DNA from: an uncultured Fibrobacteraceae bacterium
GTDB taxonomy: Bacteria; Krumholzibacteriota; Krumholzibacteriia; LZORAL124-64-63
Reading direction: 5' to 3'
NCBI GenBank assembly: GCA_964420395.1
Contig: CAYQTJ010000004.1
Coordinates: 2,506 to 66,505, forward strand
DNA: 64,000 nt
Under the pieces are notes generated by a model. It was not told the origin of the DNA. It was given only the letters and a program-made list of their open reading frames with translations, and did no database searches. The stretch's first letter is position 1. Every line of letters starts with the position of its first letter. Below are positions 1 through 9,693 of this stretch, piece by piece. Both the position numbers and the translations under genes were made by a program.

Positions 1-1
1 C

Positions 2-121
2 CGCAGCTGGGAATCGCTGTTCGCCGCCGGGATGATCGCGCTGCTGCTGCTGTTCCTGGGCGTCTGGCCGGGCGGCCTGCAGCGCCTGGCCGAGGCGACG
101 TTCCGGACGCTGGCCGGCTAG
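2..121 (+). CDS. 3' end of a membrane-protein gene (partial; C-terminal fragment ...GMIALLLLFLGVWPGGLQRLAEATFRTLAG*)
   Basis: Open frame runs from the window edge to TAG at 119-121. The fragment is a hydrophobic helix. No family assignment is possible. Confidence 0.3.
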   Translation, partial: RSWESLFAAGMIALLLLFLGVWPGGLQRLAEATFRTLAG

Positions 122-147
122 GCGCGGCCCGACGGCCGCGGACGCGG

Positions 148-1317
148 TCAGCCGCGGAACGCCGGAATGCCGGTGATCTCCGCGCCGACGACCAGCGTGT
201 GGATCTCGTGGGTCCCTTCGTACGTCTTCACGGACTCGAGATTCGTGAGGTGGCGGCCGACGGGATACTCGTCGGTGATGCCGGCAGCGCCGAGGATCTC
301 CCGCGCGGAACGGGCGCAGTCGAGCGCCATCGCCACGTTGTTGCGCTTGGCGAGGGAGACCAGCGGCACCGGATTGACCCCGCGGTCCTTGAGCCGCCCG
401 AGCTGGTGCGCCAGCCCCTGCGCCTTGGTGATCTCCGTCAGCATGTCGACCAGGCGCGCCTGCACCAGCTGGAAGGAGGCCACGGGGCGATCGAACTGGC
501 GCCGCTCGAGGGCGTAGGCGAGCGCCGTGTGGTAGCAGTCGGCCGCCGCGCCGACGGCGCCCCAGGCGATGCCGTAGCGCGCCTCGTTGAGGCAGGCCAG
601 GGGCGCCCTGAGGCCGCGCGCGCCCGGGAGGCGGGCGCTGTCGGGCAGCCGCACGGCGTCCAGCGACAATTCTCCCGTGTCGCTCGCCCGCAGGCTGTAC
701 TTGCCGCGGATCGTCTGCGCGGCGAAGCCGGGCGCGTCCCGCTCGACGAGGAAGCCGAGCACGCCATCGGGCCCGCGCGCCCAGACCAGGGCCACGTCGG
801 CGAGGGTGGCGTTGGTGATCCACACCTTGGCTCCGTGGAGGACCCAGCCGTCGCCGTCGCGGACCGCGGTCGTTTCCATCCCCCCCGGATCGCTGCCGTG
901 GCCGGCCTCGGTCAGGCCGAAGCAGCCGAGCAGGCGGCCGGCCGCCAGCTCGGGCAGCCACTTCCGCTGCTGCGCCTCGCTGCCGTAGACGCTGATCGGC
1001 CACATGACGAGACTGCCCTGGACGGAGGCGAAGCTGCGCAGGCCGCTGTCACCCCGTTCGAGCTCCTGGCAGATCATTCCGTACAGGGTCGAGGAGAGGC
1101 CGGCGCAGCCGGGACCCCGCACGCTCGGGCCGAGCAGCCCCAGTTCGCCCAACTCGCGCCCCAGTTCGACGGGAAAGGTGCCGGCGGCGTGGTGTTCGCG
1201 CACCACCGGCAGGAAGCGCCGCTCGACCCAGCCGCGGACGGTGTCGCGCACCGAGCGCTCCTCGTCGCCGAGTTGGGCCTCGAAGCCGTAGAAATCGACG
1301 CCGCGATAGGCCTGCAT
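148..1317 (-). CDS. acyl-CoA dehydrogenase (glutaryl-CoA dehydrogenase-like)
   Basis: ORF 148..1392(-). Internal Met (MQAYRGVDFYGFEAQL...) gives a 389-aa product of typical ACAD length. ACAD motifs are present: GCFGLTEAGHGSDPGGMETTA, ...YEGTHEIHTLVVG. The N-terminal 25 aa of the long ORF are R/G-rich and were discarded. Confidence 0.85.
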   Translation of the reverse strand: MQAYRGVDFYGFEAQLGDEERSVRDTVRGWVERRFLPVVREHHAAGTFPVELGRELGELGLLGPSVRGPGCAGLSSTLYGMICQELERGDSGLRSFASVQGSLVMWPISVYGSEAQQRKWLPELAAGRLLGCFGLTEAGHGSDPGGMETTAVRDGDGWVLHGAKVWITNATLADVALVWARGPDGVLGFLVERDAPGFAAQTIRGKYSLRASDTGELSLDAVRLPDSARLPGARGLRAPLACLNEARYGIAWGAVGAAADCYHTALAYALERRQFDRPVASFQLVQARLVDMLTEITKAQGLAHQLGRLKDRGVNPVPLVSLAKRNNVAMALDCARSAREILGAAGITDEYPVGRHLTNLESVKTYEGTHEIHTLVVGAEITGIPAFRG

Positions 1318-1491
1318 GCTGCCTCCGATCCCGCGAGGACGGCCGGTCCGGACGCGGTCCGCGGCCGGCACCGCTGCGCGGCGCATTCCCAATCTGCCGC
1401 AAGCCGCGCTTGACCGCCAGCCGCATTTGATCGATCAATACGGCGCGCCGTCGCCGCCCGCGGGGGGAGTCGCGGCGCGGGGGAGGGCGCG

Positions 1492-3468
1492 TTGCGCGGC
1501 TGGTTGCGAAGCGGGGCGGCGGCGCTGCTGGCCGCGTGGGCGGTCGGCGCGGCGCTCGGGGGGCTGGAGGCGGTCCTGCAGTGGTTGCGCTTCGGCCCGC
1601 CGGCGGATCTGCCGCAGCAGGGATTCTGGCGCGCCTGCCTGCCGTCCGCGGTCGTCTGCGGCGCCGCCGCGGCCGCGGCCGCGCTCTTCGTCTTCCCGGC
1701 CGCCGGGCTGGTGTTGCGGCTGCGGCGGGCGCGCCGGCCGCGTCGCGGGGCCTTCGCCGCGGCGGTCGCCGGGGCGGCGTCCTCCCTGCTGGTCGTCTGG
1801 TCCGCCTACCTGCTGCGGGAGCACCTCGTGCCGGCCTGGTGGAGCGCGCACGGCGGCGTGGCCGGCAAGGGGGCGCTCGGCCTGCTCTGGCTCGGCGCCG
1901 CCGGCCTCGGCTGCGTCGCGCTGCGACCGGTGGCCGACCGCCTGGCCCGGCGCTCCGCCTGGCTGCTGCTCGGGCCGCTGGCGGCGATCGCCGCCGGTGC
2001 GCTCGCCTGGCCGCACTGGCGCGCCGACGAGCCGCGCCGTCGCACCGCGGGGCTGGAGCGGCGGGTCGCGGCGCCGGCGGGGGCGCCGAACGTCGTCCTG
2101 CTCACCATCGACGCCTGGCGGCGCGATCACCTGTCCTGCCTGGATCCGGCGTCGCCGCCCACGCCGCACCTCGACCGGCTGGCGGGGGAGGGGGCGCTGT
2201 TCGCGAACGCCTGGACGCCGAGTCCCTGGACGCTGCCGGCGGCCGGCGCCCTGCTGACCGGCTGGCCCCCGGCCGCGCTCGGCGTGCGCCAGTACCGGCC
2301 GCTGCCTGCCGGGGTCGGCACGCTGGCCGCGACGGCGTGGAGCGGCGGCTGGGAGACGGCGGCCTTCGTCACCAATCCGTACCTTTCGCGCTGGTACGGC
2401 TGCGACCGCGGCTTCGCCACCTTCGCGCACTCCCTCGTTCTGGAGCCGCTCGAGCCGGCGGCGCGTTGCGTGCTGGTGCGGGAGCTGTCCCGCTACGCCG
2501 ATCTCCATTTCGAGGCTTCGGAGGCGGGGGTCGTGATGCCGCAGGCGCTGCGCTGGCTGCGCCGCCACGGCGGCGAGCGCCCGTTCTTCCTCTGGATCCA
2601 CCTGCTCGACCCGCACCTGCCGTACAGCTGGCGCGAGCTGCCGGACGACCGGCCGGGGGCGGCCGGGGAAGGCCGCGGCGTCGCGCCGCTGGCCGCGGAC
2701 GTGCCGGATACCGGCCATTTCCGCGGGCGCCGCTTCATGGCGCTGCGCGAGGTGCGCTCGGGGGCCTGGGTGCCGGACGCGGCGGCGCGCCGCGCGATCG
2801 CCGCGCTCTACGGGCGGGAGGTGCAGTACGCCGACGCCTGGGCGGGCCGGCTGTTCGCGCAGTTGCGGGAGTCGGCGCTGCTGGACCGCACGCTGATCGT
2901 CGTCACGGCCGATCACGGCGAGGAGCTGTTCGATCACGGCGGAATCGACCACGGCCACAGCCTGTTGCCGGAGGTGACGGGGGTGCCGTTGATCGTCCGC
3001 TTCCCCGACGGCGCGGGGGCGGGGAGCGTGAGCCGCGAGCCGGTCTCGCTGCTCGACGTGGTTCCCACCATCGCGGCGGCGCTCCGCTGGCCGCGGCCGG
3101 CGGGGACCGTGGGCCGGAACCTGGCCCCGGCGCCTGCCGACCCGTCCGCGGAGGCGTCGCGGGGCGGGCCGCTGGTCCTGGAGAACCTGCTCTACGGTCC
3201 GCAGCAGGTGGGCTGGCTGCAGTGGCCATGGCTGGGTGTGGCGCCGGACTCGGGCGGTCGCGAAAGCTGGTACGACCTCGCGGCTTCGCCCCGGGCGGTC
3301 GTCGCCGCGCCGGCGCCGGCGGAGGCGGACTCGATCGTGGCGAGAGGGGCGCGGCTGCGCGCCGTCTGGCGACAGGCCGGCGACCTGCTGCGCGACGGAG
3401 CCGGCGGCCCTGCGGCCGGCGGGGTGCCGGAGGACCTGCGCCGCCAGTTGCGCAGCCTCGGCTACTGA
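1492..3468 (+). CDS. membrane-anchored sulfatase-like hydrolase/transferase (LtaS/EptA-like alkaline-phosphatase superfamily)
   Basis: N-terminal ~190 aa carry several hydrophobic helices. The sulfatase-family core follows (NVVLLTIDAWRRDHLSCLDP..TPHLDRLAGEGALFANAWTPSPWTLPAAGALLTGW; TADHGEELFDHGGIDHGHS). The exact start is uncertain. The overlapping 660-aa alternate-frame ORF 1536..3518 is rejected. Confidence 0.7.
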   Translation: MRGWLRSGAAALLAAWAVGAALGGLEAVLQWLRFGPPADLPQQGFWRACLPSAVVCGAAAAAAALFVFPAAGLVLRLRRARRPRRGAFAAAVAGAASSLLVVWSAYLLREHLVPAWWSAHGGVAGKGALGLLWLGAAGLGCVALRPVADRLARRSAWLLLGPLAAIAAGALAWPHWRADEPRRRTAGLERRVAAPAGAPNVVLLTIDAWRRDHLSCLDPASPPTPHLDRLAGEGALFANAWTPSPWTLPAAGALLTGWPPAALGVRQYRPLPAGVGTLAATAWSGGWETAAFVTNPYLSRWYGCDRGFATFAHSLVLEPLEPAARCVLVRELSRYADLHFEASEAGVVMPQALRWLRRHGGERPFFLWIHLLDPHLPYSWRELPDDRPGAAGEGRGVAPLAADVPDTGHFRGRRFMALREVRSGAWVPDAAARRAIAALYGREVQYADAWAGRLFAQLRESALLDRTLIVVTADHGEELFDHGGIDHGHSLLPEVTGVPLIVRFPDGAGAGSVSREPVSLLDVVPTIAAALRWPRPAGTVGRNLAPAPADPSAEASRGGPLVLENLLYGPQQVGWLQWPWLGVAPDSGGRESWYDLAASPRAVVAAPAPAEADSIVARGARLRAVWRQAGDLLRDGAGGPAAGGVPEDLRRQLRSLGY

Positions 3469-3497
3469 AGCCCGGGGCGGCCCCGCCGCGCCGGGCT
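3469..3497. terminator. putative bidirectional stem-loop between convergent genes (AGCCCGGGGCGG ccc CGCCGCGCCGGGCT)
   Basis: Inverted repeat of about 11-12 bp with one mismatch, lying between the sulfatase-like gene end (3468) and the nfu-like gene stop (3496-3498). There is no T-tract, which is usual for high-GC genomes. Confidence 0.3.
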
Positions 3498-3714
3498 ACA
3501 GCGCCTCGACCGACCTGACCTCGGGGATCTCGCTGCGCAGCCGGGCCTCGATCCCCTGCTTGAGCGTCATGAGCGACATGGGGCAACTGCCGCAGGCGCC
3601 GGTGAGCCTCAGCGTCACCACGCCGGCGTTGAAGTCGATGTATTCGAGGTCTCCGCCATCGGCCTGCAGGGCGGGCCTGATCCGCTCGAGGGCGGCCTTG
3701 ATCTTCTCTTCCAT
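3496..3714 (-). CDS. NifU/Nfu-type Fe-S cluster assembly scaffold, C-terminal NifU domain only (72 aa)
   Basis: MEEKIKAALERIRPALQADGGDLEYIDF..GVVTLRLTGACGSCPMSLMTLKQGIEARL matches the Nfu CxxC motif architecture. Confidence 0.85.
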   Translation of the reverse strand: MEEKIKAALERIRPALQADGGDLEYIDFNAGVVTLRLTGACGSCPMSLMTLKQGIEARLRSEIPEVRSVEAL

Positions 3715-3880
3715 GGCGCTTTGTCATCCTTTCTCAGGGTGGCGTGCGGCAAAGGTCGCCCACAAGCTACCGCGCGCCGCGGCGCTGTCAAGCGGGCGCG
3801 CAGCGCGCGGTTGCCGTGACGCGGCGGCCGCCCTATGATCGGCCGGCGGCGGCGGAACGGGCACGCGGTACGGGAGGGAC

Positions 3881-4705
3881 ATGGACGACCGGACCGGGTC
3901 GGAGCTGGCGCGGCTGCGCGCGATGGTGCTGCCGGCGGGGGAGCGGCTGCTGGCCGAGCAGGGCCGGCGACGCGAGATCGCCTGGAAGTCGCAGACGGAA
4001 CTGGTGACGGATCTCGACCGCCTGCTCGAGCGGGACCTCGTCGCCGCCCTGGCCGCGGCGCATCCCGACGACGGGGTGGTGGCCGAGGAGGGGGGGGCGC
4101 GCGCCGACGGTTCCGGCCGCGTCTGGTACCTCGATCCGATCGACGGTACGACGAACTACGTCCACGACTATCCGATGTACTGCGTCTCGCTGGCCTGCGC
4201 CGACGCGGAGGGGCCGCTGCTGGCCGCGGTCTACGCCCCCTACCTGGACGAGCTGTACCTGGCCGCCCGGGGCGCCGGCGCGTGGCTCGAACAGCCACGG
4301 GCCGGTGGCCGGCGTGCGCTGGCGCCGCGCGAGCCGGTGCCGATGCGCCGCGCCCTGCTCGCCACCGGCTTCCCCTACGTGCGCGACCGGCTCGTGGCGC
4401 GCAATGCCGCCAGCCTGCAGCGCTTCCTCATGATGGGGTGCGCCGACGTGCGGCGCGGCGGCAGCGCGGCGCTCGACCTGTGCCACGTGGGGGCCGGCAA
4501 GCTGGACGGCTACTGGGAACTGAGCCTGCGGGTCTGGGACGCCGCCGCCGGCACGCTGGTGGCGCGCGAAGCCGGCGCGCTGGTGACCGACTTCGCGGGG
4601 CGCGGCGGGTTGCTGAGCGGGAGCACGGTGCTGGCCGCCGCGCCGCAGCTGCACGGCGTGATGCTGGAGGCGCTGCGGGAGGGGGAGGATGGAAGCGGCG
4701 GCTGA
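3881..4705 (+). CDS. inositol monophosphatase family protein (SuhB/IMPase-like)
   Basis: IMPase metal-binding motifs are present: VAEEGG, WYLDPIDGTTNYVHDYPMYCVSLA, and the C-terminal WDAAAGTLVAREAGA. Confidence 0.85.
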   Translation: MDDRTGSELARLRAMVLPAGERLLAEQGRRREIAWKSQTELVTDLDRLLERDLVAALAAAHPDDGVVAEEGGARADGSGRVWYLDPIDGTTNYVHDYPMYCVSLACADAEGPLLAAVYAPYLDELYLAARGAGAWLEQPRAGGRRALAPREPVPMRRALLATGFPYVRDRLVARNAASLQRFLMMGCADVRRGGSAALDLCHVGAGKLDGYWELSLRVWDAAAGTLVAREAGALVTDFAGRGGLLSGSTVLAAAPQLHGVMLEALREGEDGSGG

Positions 4706-5024
4706 GGCGCTCTGGGTGCTGGTCACCACCTTCCCGCGGCGCGACCTCGCCCTGGCGGCGGGCCGGCGCCTCGTGGCGGAGGAGCTGGCCGCCTGCGCCC
4801 AGGTGGGGGGGGATCTCGTGTCGTTCTACCGCTGGCGCGGCGAGGTGCGGGAGGAGGCCGAGGTGGCCATGACGCTCAAGGTCCGCGCGTCGCGCTACGC
4901 CGCCTGCGCGGCCCGGCTGCGCGAGTTGCACCCCTACGAGGTGCCGCAGATCGCCGGCTGGCCGCTCGCGCGCGTGGACCCCGACTACGCGCGGTGGGCC
5001 CGGGGCGGGGAGGAGCCGGCGTGA
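4689..5024 (+). CDS. cutA: divalent-cation tolerance protein CutA
   Basis: 111 aa. VLVTTFPRRDLALAAGRRLVAEELAACAQVG..VSFYRWRGEVREEAEVAMTLKVRASRYAA..LHPYEVPQIAGWP matches the CutA1 fold signature. Overlaps the upstream gene by 17 nt. Confidence 0.8.
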   Translation: MEAAAEALWVLVTTFPRRDLALAAGRRLVAEELAACAQVGGDLVSFYRWRGEVREEAEVAMTLKVRASRYAACAARLRELHPYEVPQIAGWPLARVDPDYARWARGGEEPA

Positions 5025-5848
5025 TCCGCGCGCTGACGCTGACGACCGATTTCGGCCTCGCCGATCCGTACGTCGCGGAGTTGAAGGCGGCGCTGCTCGC
5101 GGAGTGGCGCCGCTTCCCCGACCCGTTTCCGCTCCCGCTCCTGGTCGACATCTCGCACGCCCTCGCGCCGGGCGACGTGCCGGCGGCCGCCTGGCTGCTG
5201 GGGCGGGTCGCACCGGCGTTCCCCCCGGGAACGGTGCACCTGGCGATCGTCGACCCGGGGGTCGGCACGGATCGGCCCGCGGTGGCGGTCGCCGCCGGCG
5301 GCCAGTTCTTCGTCGGTCCGGGCAACGGGCTGTTCGGCTTCCTCGCGCGGGGCGGGCCGGTGGCGGTGGTCCGGCTCGACAACCCGCTCTACCGGCGCGG
5401 CGGCGCGGGGGGTCCGGCGCCCACGTTCGCGGGGCGCGATCTGTTCGCCCCGGCAGCTGCCCACCTGGCGATGGGGGTGCCGCTGCATCAACTCGGGTCG
5501 CCGGCCGGTGAAGACGCCCTCGGCGCGCCGGCCGTCCGGATCGACGCGCCGGACGGAGCGGCGGGGCCGGAGCTCGGGCGGATCGTCTGGATCGACCGCT
5601 TCGGCAATGCGATCACGGACATCGCGCGGGACGGTCCCCACGGCGCGCGGCTGGGCGGAGGGAGCGCCGTGGCCGTCGGCGCGACCGCGGTCGCCGGACC
5701 GGTCCTCACCTTCGCGTTCGGCCCCGCGCAGCGGCCCTTCTGGTACTGGGGCAGCGGCGGCACGCTCGAGCTCGCCCTGCGCGACGGGGACGCGGCGGCC
5801 CGGCACGGCTGGCAGGTCGGCATGGCGGTGCGGCTCGCCGCGCCGTAG
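5021..5848 (+). CDS. SAM hydroxide adenosyltransferase family protein (DUF62)
   Basis: A GTG start overlaps the cutA stop (GTGA). ALTLTTDFGLADPYVAELKAALL..DISHAL is the N-terminal signature of the SAM-hydroxide adenosyltransferase/fluorinase-like family. The C-terminal half is consistent with its beta-barrel domain. Confidence 0.6.
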   Translation: MIRALTLTTDFGLADPYVAELKAALLAEWRRFPDPFPLPLLVDISHALAPGDVPAAAWLLGRVAPAFPPGTVHLAIVDPGVGTDRPAVAVAAGGQFFVGPGNGLFGFLARGGPVAVVRLDNPLYRRGGAGGPAPTFAGRDLFAPAAAHLAMGVPLHQLGSPAGEDALGAPAVRIDAPDGAAGPELGRIVWIDRFGNAITDIARDGPHGARLGGGSAVAVGATAVAGPVLTFAFGPAQRPFWYWGSGGTLELALRDGDAAARHGWQVGMAVRLAAP

Positions 5849-5887
5849 CTTCATTCGGTTCGGACCGCTCCGGGCAGGGAGGTACGC

Positions 5888-6673
5888 ATGACTGGTGATC
5901 GTCGTCCGGCGGCGCGGCGCCTGGCCCCCTGGCTGGGGTTCTGCCTGCCGGTCGCCTGCGCGCTGCTGCTCGGTTCGTGCAGCAGCCAGCGCATCGGGCT
6001 GCCCTATCCCGACGAGCAGGCGGGGATGGCCTTCGCCGACTCCCTGCCGCCGCCGCGCGTGTTCCTCGGCGCCATCGAGGACCGGCGTCCCCCGGAGCAG
6101 CACGAGGGACGAGGCGGGTTCTTCGGCATCACCTACCCGGCCGACGACACCTGGCAGCGCCCGGTCGACCAGCTGTACCGCGCCGCGCTGGCGCAGGACC
6201 TGACCCAGACCCGCATCGTGGAGCTGACCCCGCTCCCGCGGCAGGCCGCCTTCACGCTGGAGGCCGAGGTCTTCTCGCTCGCCTGCCGCCTGAAGCGCAC
6301 GCCGGGGGCCTACCTGCTCCCGATGAGCGCCGGGATGCTCGGCGGCATGGTCTTCGGCGAGACGGCGTCGGACCGCGTCCGCACCGGGATCGTGGCGGGC
6401 ATCGCGCTGATGATCGCCGCGCCGATGCCGACCGCGCATCGGGCCGAGTGCGAGGTGCGCCTGACGCTGCGCGACGCGGCGGGGGAAGTGGTCTGGCAGC
6501 AGACCTGCCTGGGCGAGGTCGACGGCCACATCTACGTGCCGGCGACCTCCCGCGAGGACAAGAAGCAGGCCGAGAAGACCCTGCCCCGGGCGGTCAAGCG
6601 GTGCAACGCCTGCCTGCTGGGGCAGTTGCGGCAGTTCCTGGCCGGCGCGCAGGCGGCCCCGGCCGGCGGCTGA
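5888..6673 (+). CDS. hypothetical lipoprotein
   Basis: Signal peptide with lipobox (LLLGSC|SSQ). No recognisable catalytic motif. Confidence 0.5.
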   Translation: MTGDRRPAARRLAPWLGFCLPVACALLLGSCSSQRIGLPYPDEQAGMAFADSLPPPRVFLGAIEDRRPPEQHEGRGGFFGITYPADDTWQRPVDQLYRAALAQDLTQTRIVELTPLPRQAAFTLEAEVFSLACRLKRTPGAYLLPMSAGMLGGMVFGETASDRVRTGIVAGIALMIAAPMPTAHRAECEVRLTLRDAAGEVVWQQTCLGEVDGHIYVPATSREDKKQAEKTLPRAVKRCNACLLGQLRQFLAGAQAAPAGG

Positions 6674-6688
6674 GCCGGCCCGCCCGGA

Positions 6689-8041
6689 TCAGAGCAGGCG
6701 GGCCGCGAGGCTCGCGAGTTCGCTGCGCTCGCTCTTGGCGAGCGTGATGTGGCCGTAGATCGCCTCCTGCTTGAACCGCTCCACGACGTAGGTGAGTCCG
6801 TTGCTCGACGCGTCGAGGTAGGGATTGTCGATCTGATAGGCGTCGCCGGCGAGGATGACCTTGGAGCCGGTGCCGGCCCGGCTGACGACGGTCTTCACCT
6901 CGTGCGGCGTGAGGTTCTGGGCCTCGTCGATGATGATGAACAGCTTGGGCAGGCTCCGCCCGCGGATGTAGGTGACCGCCTCGACCTCGATCAGTCCCGC
7001 ATCGAACAGGTACTGCACCTTGCCGGCCGATTTCTCCATCTCCGGATCGACCAGGAACTGCAGGTTGTCGTAGATCGGCTCCATCCAGCTCTCGAGCTTC
7101 TCGTCCTTGGAGCCGGGCAGGTAGCCGATGTCGCGGCCGAGCGGCATGATCGGGCGCGACACCATGATCTTGCGATAGCTCTTCTCCTCGGCCACCTGGT
7201 GCAGGCCGACGGCGAGGGCGAGCAGGGTCTTGCCGGTGCCGGCCTGGCCGAGCATGGTCACGAGCTGGATGTCGGGGCGCATCAGCAGTTCGAGGGCGAA
7301 GCGCTGCTGCAGGTTCAGCGGCTGCAGGCCCCAGGGGCGCGCCGCCTCGTGCTTCAGCGGCTCGACCCGCGCCGTGTCCCGGCGATAGATCCCCAGGGCG
7401 GTGTGCTTGGCGTTGCCGGCGGCGCGCAGCAGCACTCCCTCGTTGGGCAGCAGCGGCTCGGCCGGGGCGCACGGCTCGCCGCGGTAGAAGGCGTCGACGG
7501 CGGCGTCGGGCACCTCCAGCTCGCGCCAGCCGGTGTAGAGCTCGTCGAAGTTGACCGTGCTGCGCTGCAGGTCCTCGGCGACGAGGCCGAGGGCATCGCC
7601 CTTGACGCGGGCGTTGATGTCCTTGGTGACGAAGACCACGTCGGCGCCGTGGGCTTTCAGCCAGAGGCCGGCGGCCAGGATCCGGTTGTCGGGGATGCTG
7701 CCGTCGAGGCCGCGCGGCAACTGGTCGACGTAGGTGTCGACCAGCACGAAGAGGCGCCCGCCGTGGGGCAGCGGCACCCCTTCGCGCAGGTTGCCGGCCG
7801 CGCGCAGGGCGTCGATCTGCCGGATCACCCGCCGGGCGTTGCGGCCGCGCTCGTCGTTCTCGCGCTTGAACCGGTCCAGTTCCTCGAGCACGTCCACCGT
7901 CAGGATGATGTCGCGCCGCTCGAACGCCTCGAGGGCCGTGGCGTCGTGCAGCAGGACATTGGTGTCGAGCAGGTAGCAGCGCCCGCTCAGCTTGGCGAGG
8001 CTGGCGCCGTTGGCCCGGGTGACCGACGTCGAATCGGACAT
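6689..8041 (-). CDS. PhoH-like ATPase with N-terminal PIN domain (YlaK/PhoH2-like)
   Basis: N-terminal PIN motif (CYLLDTNVLLHD...VDVLEELDRFK). C-terminal PhoH P-loop ATPase (TMLGQAGTGKTLLALA, IIIDEAQNLTPHEVKTVVSRAG). Confidence 0.85.
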   Translation of the reverse strand: MSDSTSVTRANGASLAKLSGRCYLLDTNVLLHDATALEAFERRDIILTVDVLEELDRFKRENDERGRNARRVIRQIDALRAAGNLREGVPLPHGGRLFVLVDTYVDQLPRGLDGSIPDNRILAAGLWLKAHGADVVFVTKDINARVKGDALGLVAEDLQRSTVNFDELYTGWRELEVPDAAVDAFYRGEPCAPAEPLLPNEGVLLRAAGNAKHTALGIYRRDTARVEPLKHEAARPWGLQPLNLQQRFALELLMRPDIQLVTMLGQAGTGKTLLALAVGLHQVAEEKSYRKIMVSRPIMPLGRDIGYLPGSKDEKLESWMEPIYDNLQFLVDPEMEKSAGKVQYLFDAGLIEVEAVTYIRGRSLPKLFIIIDEAQNLTPHEVKTVVSRAGTGSKVILAGDAYQIDNPYLDASSNGLTYVVERFKQEAIYGHITLAKSERSELASLAARLL

Positions 8042-8268
8042 GGTCCCTCCATGGCAGAGAGCAGCGACCGGCGTGGCCGCGCCCGTTCCGTATCGGCCGA
8101 ACGGCGGGCGGATTGAGCCGTCCGGGGACCGCCAGCCCCCGAACGGGCTCAGGCGGTGGTGGCCGGGGCCGATTCTAGTAGATTGTGCCCCTTTGCGGGA
8201 CGAGAATCCGCGCGGGCGCCGGCCTGGCGGTCGCGCGGCGCGGGGGGACAGTCAGCCGAGGAGGGATC

Positions 8269-9666
8269 ATGTCCGGGGAAGCCTCGAAGTCGGATTACAT
8301 GCGGCCGTTCGCGGACGGGGTGGTGGCGTCGCCGGAGGAGCGGTCGGCGCTGCTGGAGCGGATGCAGCGGGACGGCGTCCGGTTCCTGCGCCTGATCTTC
8401 ACCGACATCATGGGCCAGAACAAGAACGTGGAGGTTCCGGCCAGCCAGTTCGCCAAGGCGCTGCAGGGCGAGATCATGTTCGACGGCTCCTCGATCGAGG
8501 GCTTCAGCCGCATCGAGGAGTCCGACATGCTGCTGGTGCCCGATCTCACCTCCTACGCGGTCTTCCCCTTCGACGGCGACCAGGGCAAGGTGGCGCGGCT
8601 GATCTGCGACGTCTACAACGCCGACCGCACGCCGTTCGCCGGCTGTCCCCGGCTGGCCCTGCGCCGGACGTTGCAACTGTTCGCCGAACACGGGCTGGCG
8701 CCGGTGTGCGGGCCGGAGCTCGAGTTCTTCCTCTTCCAGCGCGATGCCGCCGGGGATCCGACGGTGCGCACGCACGACGCCGGCGGCTACTTCGACCTGT
8801 CGCCCGTGGACCGCGGCGAGGAGGCGCGCCGCGAGATCGTCAACGCGCTCGAGGCCATGGGCTTCGAGATCGAGGCGGCGCACCACGAGGTCGCGCCGGG
8901 GCAGCACGAGATCGACTTCAAGTACGCGGGGGCGCTCGAGACGGCCGATCGCGTCACCACGTTCCGGCTGATCGTCAAGAAGGTGGCGTTCGACTACGGC
9001 CTGCACGCCACCTTCATGCCCAAGCCGATCCGCGGCATCAACGGCTCCGGCATGCACACGCACCAGTCGCTGTTCCGCACGGCTGGCGATCACGGCAACG
9101 CCTTCTTCGATCCGGCGGCGCCGTTCCAGCTGAGCGAGATCGCCCGGCACTACATGGGCGGCATCCTGGCGCACGCGCGCGCCTTCGTGGCCATCACGAA
9201 TCCCCTGGTGAACTCGTACAAGCGGCTGATGCCGGGCTACGAGGCGCCGGTGAACGTGGCGTGGTCGGAGCACAACCGGTCGCCGCTGCTGCGCGTGCCG
9301 GCGCGGCGCGGCGTCGGCACGCGGGTCGAGGTGCGCGTGCCGGATCCGAGCTGCAACCCGTACCTGGCGTTCGCGGTGATGCTCCGCTCCGGGCTGGACG
9401 GCATGGAACGCCGGCTCGATCCGGGCCCGCCGGTGAACCAGAACATCTTCGAGATGAGCGACCGCGAGAAGCGGCGGCTGAAGATCACGCAGCTGCCGGC
9501 CAACCTCAAGGAGGCGATCGACTGCCTGCGCCGGGACGCCGTGATGCGCGAAGTGCTCGGCGAGCACATCTTCACGCACTTCCTGGAGGCCAAGGAGGCG
9601 GTCTGGGCCGACTTCAACGCGCAGGTCCACGAGTGGGAACTGGAGCGCTATCTCGCGACCTACTAG
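8269..9666 (+). CDS. glnA: glutamine synthetase type I
   Basis: 465 aa from the internal ATG, which is preceded by GAGGAGGGA. GS-I signatures are present: RFLRLIFTDIMGQ, FDGSSIEGF, VAFDYGLHATFMPKP, NRSPLLRVP, and the C-terminal ...EWELERYL. Confidence 0.9.
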   Translation: MSGEASKSDYMRPFADGVVASPEERSALLERMQRDGVRFLRLIFTDIMGQNKNVEVPASQFAKALQGEIMFDGSSIEGFSRIEESDMLLVPDLTSYAVFPFDGDQGKVARLICDVYNADRTPFAGCPRLALRRTLQLFAEHGLAPVCGPELEFFLFQRDAAGDPTVRTHDAGGYFDLSPVDRGEEARREIVNALEAMGFEIEAAHHEVAPGQHEIDFKYAGALETADRVTTFRLIVKKVAFDYGLHATFMPKPIRGINGSGMHTHQSLFRTAGDHGNAFFDPAAPFQLSEIARHYMGGILAHARAFVAITNPLVNSYKRLMPGYEAPVNVAWSEHNRSPLLRVPARRGVGTRVEVRVPDPSCNPYLAFAVMLRSGLDGMERRLDPGPPVNQNIFEMSDREKRRLKITQLPANLKEAIDCLRRDAVMREVLGEHIFTHFLEAKEAVWADFNAQVHEWELERYLATY

Positions 9667-9693
9667 CGGTCGCCGGAGGGGGGGCGGGCCGTC

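Noticed and set aside
1536-3518. 660-aa alternate-frame ORF overlapping the sulfatase-like gene. Long ORFs of this kind recur across the window, for example at 1435..2958(-), 3833..4729(-), 4985..6529(-), 6749..8116(+), 7992..10157(+), 8149..10050(-), 10175..11422(-), 12017..14341(-), 14811..16775(-), 17091..18815(-), 28389..30518(-), 30415..32178(-) and 36933..39365(-).
   Set aside because: All are Arg/Gly/Ala/Pro-rich and repetitive, with no family motifs. Each overlaps a frame with strong recognisable homology. This is typical high-GC spurious-ORF behaviour.
8100-8268. Possible sigma54 (-24/-12) promoter upstream of glnA at TTGTGCCCCTTTGCG.
   Set aside because: The spacing between the GG-like and GC elements is too short (3-4 nt instead of 5). 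Only the strong SD GAGGAGGGA before the ATG is reliable. Regulation of glnA cannot be inferred.
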